Of a stretch of DNA of 64,000 nt, positions 29,977 to 40,062 are shown one piece after another. Below the pieces are notes generated by a model. It was not told the origin of the DNA and searched no databases. It saw only the letters and a program-made list of their open reading frames with translations. The stretch covers positions 472-64,471 of the forward strand of contig CAZMGY010000026.1 of NCBI GenBank assembly GCA_964565945.1, in the 5' to 3' direction. The DNA comes from an uncultured bacterium. Lineage in GTDB: Bacteria > GCA-001730085. Numbering within the stretch: position 1 is the stretch's first letter; each line of letters starts with the position of its first letter. The position numbers were made by a program, and so were the translations under genes.

Positions 29977-32900
29977 ATGTTTTTAAAGCGGTTAGAGATT
30001 TTTGGCTTTAAATCATTTCCAGAAAAAACTGTATTTACATTTAATAACGATGGTGTAACTGTGATTGTTGGCCCTAATGGCTGTGGCAAGAGCAATGTGT
30101 CCGATGCGATCAAATGGGTGATTGGGGAACAAAAGGCTAAAGCCTTACGTGGCACCCACATGTTAGATGTGATTTTCAATGGTTCGGAATCGATCAAAGC
30201 CCTTGGTATGGCAGAAGTATCCTTAGTTCTCGATAACTCTGCAGGCATTTTCCCAATGGAATTTTCTGAAATCAAGATCACACGTAAGCTTTATCGCTCA
30301 GGTGAAAGTGATTATTTACTCAATAAAAAACCTCGTCGCCTGAAAGACATCACGGAGTTACTGATGGATACGGGTTTGGGGTCAGATTCGTATTCGGTGA
30401 TTGAACAGGGACGGATGGATCGAGTTCTAACCTCTAAACCCGAAGAGCGGAGGTTTGTTTTTGAGGAAGCTGCTGGGATTACCAAGTACAAAGCTCAGCG
30501 AAAAGAAGCTTTGCGTAAGCTGGAGCGAACATCGGACAACTTGGTGCGTGTGAATGATATTTTGACCGAAGTAACGCGACAAATGAATTTGATTGAGCGC
30601 CAGGCACGTAAGGCTCAGTGTTACAAGGAATTTTTTGATGAACTTAAACGTTTAGATGTCAAGGTTCAACGTGAACGGGCTAAAGAATTGGGGCAAGGTC
30701 TATTCCAAAACACCAATGCGCTAGCTCGTTTCGGAGAACAAGATAGGCATCTGCATCAGTCAATTGTCAAGATTGAAAAGAATGTTGTTGACTTGCGACA
30801 TTCTTTGGAGCAATTGGAGCAAGAAATCGAGGATAAACAAGCTGAGCTTAACAAGGCAACTTCAGCGTTCAATGTTTTAGAGAATCAAATTGCCTTCAAT
30901 CAGAACAAAATTCGTGAGCTCGAACAAAGCAAAGAAGAAAAGATTAAAGAGATTAAAGAAAACGATCTTCAAATGACTTTTTTGCAATCGCAAAAAGATG
31001 AAGAGGAACAATCTTTAGAGCAATGCCGATTGGATATAAAGGCTCTTGTTGCACTGATGGAGAACGATCAAAAGCATGTTCAACAAGCCGAGATTAAATT
31101 GCATGAGCATACGCATGAATTAGATGAGCACAAAAAAGATATCTTAGAGTTAGTGACCGAACAATCGCGCAACAAAGACTATATGGCTCATCGTGAGTAT
31201 GTTTTGAAAACACAGGTGGCTAAAAAAGATGATCTTTTGGAACAGAAAGAAGGTAAGGAACAGCGTAAAAAAAAGCTGGCATGTTCATCTGAAGAAGTTC
31301 AGAAGCGTTTAGATACATCGCATGTTTATTTAAAGGATCTCGAAGGGCAGCGAGATCGGTTGCAGCAACAGGAAACCGATTTGGAGCATAGTATTGAGCA
31401 AAAGACAGAACTTATATCCGAGAAACGCGCGGTTATTTCGGCTCAAAAATCTCAACTGATTATCCTTGAAGACATGCATCGCAACTATGAAGGCTACTCT
31501 CAAGGAACCAAAGAAATTCTCAAAAAGCGTGATGTGGGCGAAGGTGTTTACAAAAATATTCAGAGTGACTTTGCTTCAATGTTGAGTGTGAAGGACGATC
31601 GCTACGAAGTTGCCATCGAAGCTGTTTTGGGGCAGTATGCTCAGTCGATTGTGGTGACATCGACTAATGATTTGCCTCCTATGATGAACCATTTGAAAGA
31701 TCAGCGTATTGGTCGAGCTGCTTTTGTGGCTCTAGATATAGCTAAAGGGCTTGGCTTTCATGCAACTGTGATTGAACAGTGTTCGGGTTTTGTGGCACGA
31801 GCTATCCAGACGGTGTCTTACGATCAAAAATACGATCAGTTGTTGCAAGCTATGCTTGGAAATATTTTTGTTTTCCAAACATTCCAGGATATGGTTCAGG
31901 CCTTTCATAAGACCTCTCATAAGACCTCTTTGCCCCAGTGTAAATTTGTTTCTTTGAATGGTGAAGTTTTGGAGGGCACAGGGACGATTATCGGAGGAGC
32001 AAGTGCTTCAATCAATGTTCATGTGATTGGTCGCGAACAAAAAATTCAGGGTTTGTGCAAACAGCTAAAAGTTTTGGAGTGTGAGTTACTTATCCATGAG
32101 GCCGCTTTGCAAAGCTCCAAAGGGCAGTTGCAAGATTTGAAGCAGCAGTTGCATAATAAGCGCCAACAGATCGAGGAGAAAAATAAGCGTGTTCATCAAG
32201 ATGAGCAAGAGTTGTCCCGTTATCAATTAGAAAATCAACATCTATCGGATCAAGTTGGACAAATGCATGGCGAGTTAGGTAAACTTTCTGTTGAAGAAGA
32301 GACCTTACTCAAGGATATTGAGCAGTTTAAACAGGTTAATCGAGATTTGGATGAACAGGTTAGACAGTTGCAACAAGAGCAACAGTATTTTGAAGAGTGC
32401 GTTCAATTGAATCAGGCAGCTAAAGAAAAAACTGAAGTAACTATGACGGAGCATAAGGTATCGTTAGCAACGCTGGAGGAGAAAGTAGTTGCGCTGCAGC
32501 GCCATTCGAAACAGTTGGCAGACCGTAGCGAAGATGAATTTCGACGTAAGCAAAATAACACAAAAGCTCTGGATAATTTTGAAGCCAAAAGAGAGCAACT
32601 TGCCCAAGATATTTTAAGCCATCAAGATCAAGTCGTTCAGGCACGTTTTGATCTTGATCAATGGCAAGGAGCTATCCGAGCTTTTCAAGAAAAAAGGCGT
32701 CATATTTACCAGGACTTACAGGATCAAGAAAAGCATATGCAAGAGTATCGCAATCAATTGATGGATTTGCAAAAATTTATTAAGGAACAAGAGGTTCAAA
32801 AATACGAAATCAAACTTAAATTGGATGCGATCAAAGAACGTGTTTTTGAGAATTATCAGCTCGAATGGAGTCAGGTGCTTCATTTTGATGTGGGTGAATT

Positions 32901-33594
32901 TGAGACTGAACTGGATAAAGACGAACGTTTGCAGTTTTTGAAAAACAAAATTAGCAGAATTGGCTCTGTCAATACTGAGGCGATTGCTGAATTTGATATA
33001 CTTAAAGAACGTCATGGATTTTTATCACAACAAATAACCGACTTATTGGAAGCTAAAGAAGCTTTGCTTAAGGTGATTGCCCAAGTGAACAAGGAATCTC
33101 GTAAGCGTTTTAGGGAAGCTTTTGACCAGATTAATCAGCACTTCAAAGAATTGTTCAAAATTTTGTTTGGTGGAGGCCATGCGGAGTTGCATTTGCTAAA
33201 TGAAAATGATGTGTTGGAATCAGGGATTGAGGTGGTTGTTTCGCCACCAGGTAAAAAAATGCAATCAATTACGCTTATGTCTGGAGGGGAGCGAGCAATG
33301 ACCGGAATCGCCTTGTTGTTTGCCATGTTTCGGGTGAATCCAAGTCCTTTTTGTGTTCTGGATGAAATTGATGCACCCTTAGATGAAAGCAATGTGGATC
33401 GCTTTATTGACATTATGAATTCCTTTAAAGAGAAAACACAGTTTATTGTGATTACTCACAATAAAAAAACTATGGCTAAGGCCGATGTTATTTACGGGGT
33501 TACCATGCAGAAACCTGGGGTTTCAAAGTCGATTGCAATCAAGATGGTAGATTTTGCTAAACATGAACATGAACATGAATTGGTGACTGCCTAG
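29977..33594 (+). CDS. smc: Chromosome segregation protein SMC
   Basis: MFLKRLEIFGFKSF…GPNGCGKSN Walker A, a long coiled coil with a hinge, and a C-terminal LSGGE…DEIDAPLD. The ORF opens at GTG 29950; the ATG 29977 start is preferred. Confidence 0.9.
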   Translation: MFLKRLEIFGFKSFPEKTVFTFNNDGVTVIVGPNGCGKSNVSDAIKWVIGEQKAKALRGTHMLDVIFNGSESIKALGMAEVSLVLDNSAGIFPMEFSEIKITRKLYRSGESDYLLNKKPRRLKDITELLMDTGLGSDSYSVIEQGRMDRVLTSKPEERRFVFEEAAGITKYKAQRKEALRKLERTSDNLVRVNDILTEVTRQMNLIERQARKAQCYKEFFDELKRLDVKVQRERAKELGQGLFQNTNALARFGEQDRHLHQSIVKIEKNVVDLRHSLEQLEQEIEDKQAELNKATSAFNVLENQIAFNQNKIRELEQSKEEKIKEIKENDLQMTFLQSQKDEEEQSLEQCRLDIKALVALMENDQKHVQQAEIKLHEHTHELDEHKKDILELVTEQSRNKDYMAHREYVLKTQVAKKDDLLEQKEGKEQRKKKLACSSEEVQKRLDTSHVYLKDLEGQRDRLQQQETDLEHSIEQKTELISEKRAVISAQKSQLIILEDMHRNYEGYSQGTKEILKKRDVGEGVYKNIQSDFASMLSVKDDRYEVAIEAVLGQYAQSIVVTSTNDLPPMMNHLKDQRIGRAAFVALDIAKGLGFHATVIEQCSGFVARAIQTVSYDQKYDQLLQAMLGNIFVFQTFQDMVQAFHKTSHKTSLPQCKFVSLNGEVLEGTGTIIGGASASINVHVIGREQKIQGLCKQLKVLECELLIHEAALQSSKGQLQDLKQQLHNKRQQIEEKNKRVHQDEQELSRYQLENQHLSDQVGQMHGELGKLSVEEETLLKDIEQFKQVNRDLDEQVRQLQQEQQYFEECVQLNQAAKEKTEVTMTEHKVSLATLEEKVVALQRHSKQLADRSEDEFRRKQNNTKALDNFEAKREQLAQDILSHQDQVVQARFDLDQWQGAIRAFQEKRRHIYQDLQDQEKHMQEYRNQLMDLQKFIKEQEVQKYEIKLKLDAIKERVFENYQLEWSQVLHFDVGEFETELDKDERLQFLKNKISRIGSVNTEAIAEFDILKERHGFLSQQITDLLEAKEALLKVIAQVNKESRKRFREAFDQINQHFKELFKILFGGGHAELHLLNENDVLESGIEVVVSPPGKKMQSITLMSGGERAMTGIALLFAMFRVNPSPFCVLDEIDAPLDESNVDRFIDIMNSFKEKTQFIVITHNKKTMAKADVIYGVTMQKPGVSKSIAIKMVDFAKHEHEHELVTA

Positions 33595-33597
33595 CTT

Positions 33598-36500
33598 ATG
33601 AAAATTATACATGCCTTATGGATACCTGACGACACTTCTGGAAAGCTACATTTTTGGGCTGAAAACACCGACCTTATTTCTTATGATCAACCCGCATCTG
33701 GATCGTTGCATCCCTATTGTTTGCCTCAGCTTGAGATTTTGGATGTTTTTCAGCGTTTGACTGGAGCGAAAGAGCATTGGGGATTCAAAACAGTGTCTTT
33801 GAATTTGCCGACCAATCAATGGGGGCCCTTGCCTTCGGAGGAGTGCTTCGAAAATGAGAATGCAACTAAGGATGATCGTCTTTATATTAAAGAGTGGACC
33901 GTACGGACGGTGGCTATGGGGTCAAACCTTTTGTGGCGTTATTTGTTCAAAATCACCGAAATGGCTCAAGTTAACATCAAATGGTCCGACTCGGTGGTTT
34001 ATTGGAAGCATGTGCTTGAGTTTGCCCTCGAGCTTTTGTCGAGAGAATGTTTTTTGCCAGGAGCAGAACAAAAATCTTACAAAAGCAACGAAGTGCTTGC
34101 AACCTGGTCTCCGTATTTGAGCTATGAAGATCATCGTCGTATGTTATTTTTGGTTGAAGCGATGCCGATAGCGTTGCTGGCTAGTTGTGATTTATTATCT
34201 CTGAATCATACGCCACAAAGTTTGCTGTGGCATGCTCTTAAGGAAGTGTTGGACGCATTTATTCGCAATCAGTTGAATGACGACAGCCCTTACATTTATC
34301 GGATTAATGCTTCTAAAAAAGTGTCACACTTGCATGAACAATGGTTGAAAGCTTTATTTGCCCAGAAAAAAGAAGTTCGTGGTGAGTGCAAAAAAATTGA
34401 TACATTTGTGAGCGAAATAAACACTTGGACCGATTTGCTTCAAATCGACTACTCGGCGTTTTTTCGCGTTTGTTTTCGCTTGGTTCCACCAGAGTCAGAC
34501 GATCCCAATGAAGTTTGGGTTTTGACTTATTACTTGCAATCAAATCATGACTTGAGTGTGATGATTTCATCGAAAAAACTGCATCAGTGTGGCAAGGATA
34601 TTGAAGAGGATTACGGCATTGATCAACATAGTATTTTTGAACTGGTTGAAAAAAACTTAAATAAAGCCTCGCGATATTATGAGCCTTTACAAAATTTGTT
34701 GGAAGGCTCATCGGATCCTTTGATTGAATTAAGTAGTGCTGAAGCATTTAAGTTTTTAAGAGAGACGGTACCTTTATTAGAAGCTAGTGGCTTTGGCCTC
34801 ATGTTGCCTTCTTGGTGGAAAAAGCCACTCAAAAAACTTGGAGTTTCCTTGCGAGTCTCTCAGGTTGGTTTGGAAGGCAAAGTTCAAAAGTACATGGGGA
34901 TAGATACAATCGTTGAATACGATTGGAAGATAGCTGTTGGTGATGAAATTTTGACCGAAGAAGAATTTAAGCGTTTGGTTGAGATGAAGCAATCTCTCGT
35001 TCAGGTTAGAGGGGAGTGGATTGTTTTAAAAGTTGAAGAGATTGAAAAAGCGATCGCTTTTTTCAAAAAACGTGCCAATTCTTTGCATATGACTTTAAGG
35101 GAAATGATGTGTTTGAGCATGGATGAGCAATCGATGGATATTGGTTTGCCTGTGATTGGGATTGACTATGAAAAAGCTAATGATACCTTGTTTTCAGCTG
35201 TGATGGAGCCCGAGTCTATTCAGAAACTAGAAACCCCTGAGGGATTTTGTGGCGTTTTGAGACCTTACCAAAAAACGGGTTTGTCTTGGTTAATCTTTTT
35301 GCAAAAAATTGGGCTTGGTGGTTGTTTGGCCGATGATATGGGTTTGGGAAAAACAATTCAGTTGATTGCTCTGTTTCTTAAAGAGCAAGAGATGGGGTTC
35401 GATATTTGTGGTCCAACTTTGATTCTTTGTCCGATGTCGATCATGAGTAATTGGAAAAATGAACTTAAGAAATTTGCACCGCATTTGAAAGTGATGATTC
35501 ATCATGGTGTCAATCGACTTGATAAGGAAGAATTTATTGATGCAGTGAATACTTGCCATGTGGTTATCACGACTTATGCGTTAGCCTCACCTGAGTTGGA
35601 TAAGTTGAGCCGAGTGAAGTGGCATAGAATCGTTTTGGACGAAGCTCAGAACATCAAAAATAATCATACCAAGCAGACCCAGGCGATCAAAAAATTGAAT
35701 ACTCCTCACAAAATAGCGGTGACAGGTACTCCTTTAGAAAATCGTCTTTTGGAACTGTGGTCGATTATGGACTTTTTGAACCCCAACTATTTGGGGAGTT
35801 CTAAGGCCTTTCGCCAAAATTATGCGATTCCTATTGAACGATTCAATGACACAAACACTTCGCAGCGCTTGAAAAAGATGATTCGTCCGCTTGTGTTGCG
35901 TCGCGTCAAAACTGATAAAAATGTGATTAAAGACTTGCCAGAAAAAATTGAAACAAAGGAATTTTGTTATTTAACCAAGGAGCAGGTAGCCTTGTATGAA
36001 TCAGTGGTGCAACGCATGTTGCACACCATTGATAGTTATGCTGGTATTCAACGACGAGGAGTGATTTTATCCGTCTTGATTCAATTGAAGCAAATTTGCA
36101 ATCATCCAGTGCAGTATCTTAAGGATAAATCGTCGTTAACTGGACGCTCTGGTAAATTGACGCGTCTTTACGAACTGTTAGAAGAAGTGATTGCTGAAGG
36201 GGATAAAGCGCTTATTTTTACACAATTTAGTCAAATGGGGCATTTGCTTAAGCATGACTTGCAAGAGGTTCTTAAGCAAGAAGTTCTTTTTTTGCATGGT
36301 ATAACCACTAAAACGCAACGCGATGAAATGATTGAAGAGTTTCAGTCTGATGATTCTAAGGCTAAGGTGTTTGTTCTTTCGCTTAAAGCGGGTGGTCTTG
36401 GGCTTAATTTAACGTCGGCGAATCACGTGTTCCACTTTGACCGTTGGTGGAATCCTGCAATTGAAAATCAAGCCACTGATCGTGCTTTTCGGATTGGTCA

Positions 36501-36690
36501 AAAGAAAACTGTTCATGTGCATAAGTTTTTGTGCCAGGGAACCGTTGAGGAACGTATCGATGATATGATTGATCGTAAGCGTGAACTTACCGATCTTGTG
36601 GTCGAACAGGGCGAGAATTGGATCACCGAGTTATCGACGGATGATCTTAAGGAATTATTCCAACTCAAATTAGAGGACGTTGAAGTATGA
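33598..36690 (+). CDS. SNF2-family helicase (DEAD-like ATPase plus helicase-C) with a ~520-aa N-terminal region of unknown function
   Basis: Motif I LADDMGLGKTIQ, DEAQNIKN, and the C-terminal helicase block …LKAGGLGLNLT…QATDRAFRIGQKK. The start lies 3 nt after the smc stop. Confidence 0.85.
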   Translation: MKIIHALWIPDDTSGKLHFWAENTDLISYDQPASGSLHPYCLPQLEILDVFQRLTGAKEHWGFKTVSLNLPTNQWGPLPSEECFENENATKDDRLYIKEWTVRTVAMGSNLLWRYLFKITEMAQVNIKWSDSVVYWKHVLEFALELLSRECFLPGAEQKSYKSNEVLATWSPYLSYEDHRRMLFLVEAMPIALLASCDLLSLNHTPQSLLWHALKEVLDAFIRNQLNDDSPYIYRINASKKVSHLHEQWLKALFAQKKEVRGECKKIDTFVSEINTWTDLLQIDYSAFFRVCFRLVPPESDDPNEVWVLTYYLQSNHDLSVMISSKKLHQCGKDIEEDYGIDQHSIFELVEKNLNKASRYYEPLQNLLEGSSDPLIELSSAEAFKFLRETVPLLEASGFGLMLPSWWKKPLKKLGVSLRVSQVGLEGKVQKYMGIDTIVEYDWKIAVGDEILTEEEFKRLVEMKQSLVQVRGEWIVLKVEEIEKAIAFFKKRANSLHMTLREMMCLSMDEQSMDIGLPVIGIDYEKANDTLFSAVMEPESIQKLETPEGFCGVLRPYQKTGLSWLIFLQKIGLGGCLADDMGLGKTIQLIALFLKEQEMGFDICGPTLILCPMSIMSNWKNELKKFAPHLKVMIHHGVNRLDKEEFIDAVNTCHVVITTYALASPELDKLSRVKWHRIVLDEAQNIKNNHTKQTQAIKKLNTPHKIAVTGTPLENRLLELWSIMDFLNPNYLGSSKAFRQNYAIPIERFNDTNTSQRLKKMIRPLVLRRVKTDKNVIKDLPEKIETKEFCYLTKEQVALYESVVQRMLHTIDSYAGIQRRGVILSVLIQLKQICNHPVQYLKDKSSLTGRSGKLTRLYELLEEVIAEGDKALIFTQFSQMGHLLKHDLQEVLKQEVLFLHGITTKTQRDEMIEEFQSDDSKAKVFVLSLKAGGLGLNLTSANHVFHFDRWWNPAIENQATDRAFRIGQKKTVHVHKFLCQGTVEERIDDMIDRKRELTDLVVEQGENWITELSTDDLKELFQLKLEDVEV

Positions 36691-36905
36691 TTGACTTAGA
36701 AGAACACATTCATCAATTTTGGAAATTACGCTCCTCTTTGCAAGCGATCCAAATTAAACCTCGTAAGCCAGAAGCCCCCTCAGCATTAATTCAGGTTCTT
36801 AAAGATGCGCCCTACCGCATTGGTAAACGCAATATTTCACAGCACCTTGAGGAAGCTTATTTTAAGGTGAGTGAAGCTGCGATTAAAAAATCATTATCCG
36901 ATTAA
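36687..36905 (+). CDS. Small hypothetical protein (72 aa), translationally coupled to the SNF2 gene
   Basis: ATGA overlap with the SNF2 stop. No homology was recognised. Confidence 0.35.
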   Translation: MIDLEEHIHQFWKLRSSLQAIQIKPRKPEAPSALIQVLKDAPYRIGKRNISQHLEEAYFKVSEAAIKKSLSD

Positions 36906-36925
36906 ACGTATTAAAGGAAAGATCT

Positions 36926-37405
36926 ATGAGCATGTGTCATTGTGGTTCGGATGTAAGTTTCAACCAATGTTGTCGTCCTATTTTAAACGGTGAAAGTAAG
37001 GTTGCAACAGCAGAAGCTCTTATGCGTGCTCGTTACAGTGCTTTTGTTGAGCAAAACTTTGATTTTTTAAAAGAAACCTTAGACCCAACAACCCGTGAGG
37101 GCTACGATGAAGAGAATGTGCGTCAATGGGCAACATCTTCAGAGTGGCACGGTTTGACTATTGTTCGTACCGAAGCTGGGTTGGAGGACGATTGCGAAGG
37201 TCTTGTTGAGTTTGTGGCGCATTATGCGATCAATGGTGAGCTTAAAGAGCATCGTGAAGCAGCTAAGTTTGTTAAGAGAGAAGGCTTGTGGTACTTTTGG
37301 GAGGGCGAATGGGTTAAGCAAGAGCCTGTCCGAGTGGTTAAAATTGGTCGCAATGATCCTTGTTCTTGTGGCAGTGGAAAAAAATACAAAAAGTGTTGCG
37401 CTTAG
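36926..37405 (+). CDS. YchJ-like protein (UPF0225) with SEC-C metal-binding motifs at both ends
   Basis: CHCGS…FNQCC at the N-terminus and [15 protein letters not shown] at the C-terminus. Confidence 0.75.
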   Translation: MSMCHCGSDVSFNQCCRPILNGESKVATAEALMRARYSAFVEQNFDFLKETLDPTTREGYDEENVRQWATSSEWHGLTIVRTEAGLEDDCEGLVEFVAHYAINGELKEHREAAKFVKREGLWYFWEGEWVKQEPVRVVKIGRNDPCSCGSGKKYKKCCA

Positions 37406-37431
37406 TTTGTTGATGAAAATGGAGAGGTGCT

Positions 37432-39981
37432 TTGAAAAATATAGAGGTTTTTGGAGCCAAAGAACATAATCTTAAAAATGTCGATGTGGTGTTTGAGCGT
37501 CATAAGTTGGTTGTGGTCACTGGGTTGAGCGGTTCAGGTAAATCTTCTTTAGTGATGGATACGGTCTATGCCGAGGGGCAAAGACGCTATGTCGAATCGT
37601 TGTCGGCTTATGCACGTCAGTTTTTGGGTTTGATGGAAAAACCCGACGTTGAGCGTATTGAAGGTTTGTCACCAGCCATTGCGATTTCTCAAAAGTCGAC
37701 CAGTAAAAATCCGCGTTCAACGGTGGGAACGATCACCGAAATTTATGATTATATGCGCTTGCTTTATGCCAGGGTTGGTCAGCCGTATTGTCCAACCTGT
37801 GCCTTGCCGATCAGTAAGCAATCCGTTAGTAATATCATTCAGAAGATTTATGCATGCTGTGAAGGGCAGAAAGCCCTTATCTTGGCTTCGATCATTCGTG
37901 GAGTGAAAGGCGAGCATAAAGAAGTCTTTAAAAAGTTGCGTAAGGACGGTTATTTGCGCGTTCGTGTCGATGGTGAGGTGTGTTTACTGAAAGACGAAAT
38001 TGTTTGTGAACGCTACAAAATTCATCATATTGAGGCAGTAGTGGATCGCCTTAAGGTGTCGTCCAAAGACCATGAACGCTTGGCGGATTCGGTTGAAACG
38101 GCGACTCGTTTAGGCAAAGGTTTAGTGATTGTTCAGGATGAACATAAGGATCATTTGTATTCGGAGAATTTTGCTTGCTTGAACTGTGGATTTAGCTTTA
38201 AAGAAATTTCACCACGCTTGTTTTCATTCAATAGTCCTTACGGCGCTTGCCCCGATTGTGACGGTTTAGGAAGGCGATCCAGCTCCAAAAGTCAGTATTA
38301 CTTGATGAGACGTTATCAAAAAACTCAATCCGAGTCCGTCAAAGAAAAAATTGAGCAAGAGATGTCGGTCCTGATCTGTAAAACCTGTGATGGGCAGCGA
38401 CTTAATCCTGGAGCTTTGAGTGTTAAACTGAAGGATCACGACATTGTTCGATTGAGTTCTTTGTCGATTGATAAAATTAATCAGTTTTTTCAAAAGCTCA
38501 AGTTAAAAAAACAAGATCAAAAAATTGCAGGTAAGATCCTTAAGGAAATTCAAGCGCGTCTGTCGTTTTTAATCAATGTTGGTTTGACGTATTTGAGTTT
38601 AAATCGTTCGTCGGCAACTTTGTCGGGGGGTGAATCTCAAAGGATTCGATTGGCGACTCAAATTGGCTCTGGTTTAGTGGACGTGTTGTATGTTTTGGAT
38701 GAACCTAGCATCGGTTTGCATCAGTGTGACAATGACCGTCTGCTCAAAACACTAGAGAATTTGAGAGATAGTGGCAATACTTTGATTGTGATTGAGCACG
38801 ATGAAGACACCATGTCACGTGCCGATCAAATTGTTGATGTGGGCCCGGGTGCTGGTGTGCATGGAGGTGAAGTTGTTTTTTCGGGAAGCTACGATCAGAT
38901 TTTGAAAGATAAGCAGTCGGTGACAGGTCAGTATCTGAGCGGACGCAAGAAGATTGCTATTCCTGAGCAACGTCGACAAGGGCATGGAACGTTTTTAACG
39001 ATTCAAGGGGCGGCACATAATAACCTTAAAAATATCGATGTTGAGATACCTCTGGGTTGTTTTGTTTGTGTGACTGGTGTGTCGGGATCGGGTAAAAGCA
39101 CCTTAGTGAACGAAATTATTCATAAGGGTTTGGCTCAAAAGCTTTATAAATCTAAGGATAAGCCAGGGCTCTTTTCTGCGTTTAAAGGGATCGAGAACAT
39201 TGATAAAGTGATTGTGATTGATCAATCTCCGATTGGCCGCACGCCACGTTCGAATCCTTCGACGTACATTGGACTGTTCTCTCATATTCGTGATTTGTTT
39301 GCTCAGATACCCGAATCGGCAGCGCGTGGCTATGGGCCAGGACGTTTCTCTTTTAATGTTAAGGGAGGACGTTGCGAAACATGTGAAGGAGCTGGTCAGA
39401 TTAAAATCGAAATGCACTTTATGCCCGATGTTTATGTGATGTGTGATGAGTGCAAAGGTAAACGTTTTAACAAAGAAACTCTCGAAGTGATGTTTAAAGG
39501 GAAATCGATTTCGGATGTGTTGGATATGACTGCCGAAGAAGGGATGTCTTTTTTTCAAAATATACCGGTGATTCATAAGAAGCTGGAGACTCTGGATAGT
39601 GTGGGGTTAGGCTATATTGGGCTAGGGCAATCTGCTACCACTTTTTCGGGTGGGGAGGCACAACGCATCAAGTTGTCACGTGAATTAAGCAAGCGTGGCA
39701 CGGGCAAAACCCTTTACATTTTGGACGAGCCAACAACTGGTTTGCACTTTGCCGATATCGAACGTTTGTTGCATGTATTGGAAAGGATAGCTGACAAGGG
39801 CAACACTGTTTTGGTAATTGAACACAATTTGGATGTGATTAAGGTGGCCGATCATATCATCGATCTTGGTCCTGAGGGTGGTGATGGTGGAGGACAATTG
39901 GTCGCTCAGGGTACACCAGAGCAAGTAGCCCAAACTAAAGGTTCTTACACGGGTTCTTTTTTGAAAAAGCATTTGGCGTAA
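37432..39981 (+). CDS. uvrA: Excinuclease ABC subunit A (UvrA), short 849-aa form
   Basis: Two ABC ATPase modules ([20 protein letters not shown]), two LSGGE signatures and zinc-finger CxxC pairs. TTG start after GGAGAGG. The insertion-domain region appears to be shortened (see findings). Confidence 0.9.
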   Translation: MKNIEVFGAKEHNLKNVDVVFERHKLVVVTGLSGSGKSSLVMDTVYAEGQRRYVESLSAYARQFLGLMEKPDVERIEGLSPAIAISQKSTSKNPRSTVGTITEIYDYMRLLYARVGQPYCPTCALPISKQSVSNIIQKIYACCEGQKALILASIIRGVKGEHKEVFKKLRKDGYLRVRVDGEVCLLKDEIVCERYKIHHIEAVVDRLKVSSKDHERLADSVETATRLGKGLVIVQDEHKDHLYSENFACLNCGFSFKEISPRLFSFNSPYGACPDCDGLGRRSSSKSQYYLMRRYQKTQSESVKEKIEQEMSVLICKTCDGQRLNPGALSVKLKDHDIVRLSSLSIDKINQFFQKLKLKKQDQKIAGKILKEIQARLSFLINVGLTYLSLNRSSATLSGGESQRIRLATQIGSGLVDVLYVLDEPSIGLHQCDNDRLLKTLENLRDSGNTLIVIEHDEDTMSRADQIVDVGPGAGVHGGEVVFSGSYDQILKDKQSVTGQYLSGRKKIAIPEQRRQGHGTFLTIQGAAHNNLKNIDVEIPLGCFVCVTGVSGSGKSTLVNEIIHKGLAQKLYKSKDKPGLFSAFKGIENIDKVIVIDQSPIGRTPRSNPSTYIGLFSHIRDLFAQIPESAARGYGPGRFSFNVKGGRCETCEGAGQIKIEMHFMPDVYVMCDECKGKRFNKETLEVMFKGKSISDVLDMTAEEGMSFFQNIPVIHKKLETLDSVGLGYIGLGQSATTFSGGEAQRIKLSRELSKRGTGKTLYILDEPTTGLHFADIERLLHVLERIADKGNTVLVIEHNLDVIKVADHIIDLGPEGGDGGGQLVAQGTPEQVAQTKGSYTGSFLKKHLA

Positions 39982-40062
39982 GTTTATCTCGTCTGTAATT
40001 AAGCTATGCTTTAATATAATTAATTTGATACAACTTTATGTAAGTCATGTTAAAATGACTTC

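Noticed and set aside
37700-38000. Initial impression that UvrA lacks the UvrB-binding domain (as in class II UvrA)
   Set aside because: A residue-by-residue comparison from memory shows the …LASII.GVKGEH…[11 protein letters not shown] segment is present. The missing residues map to the insertion domain instead.
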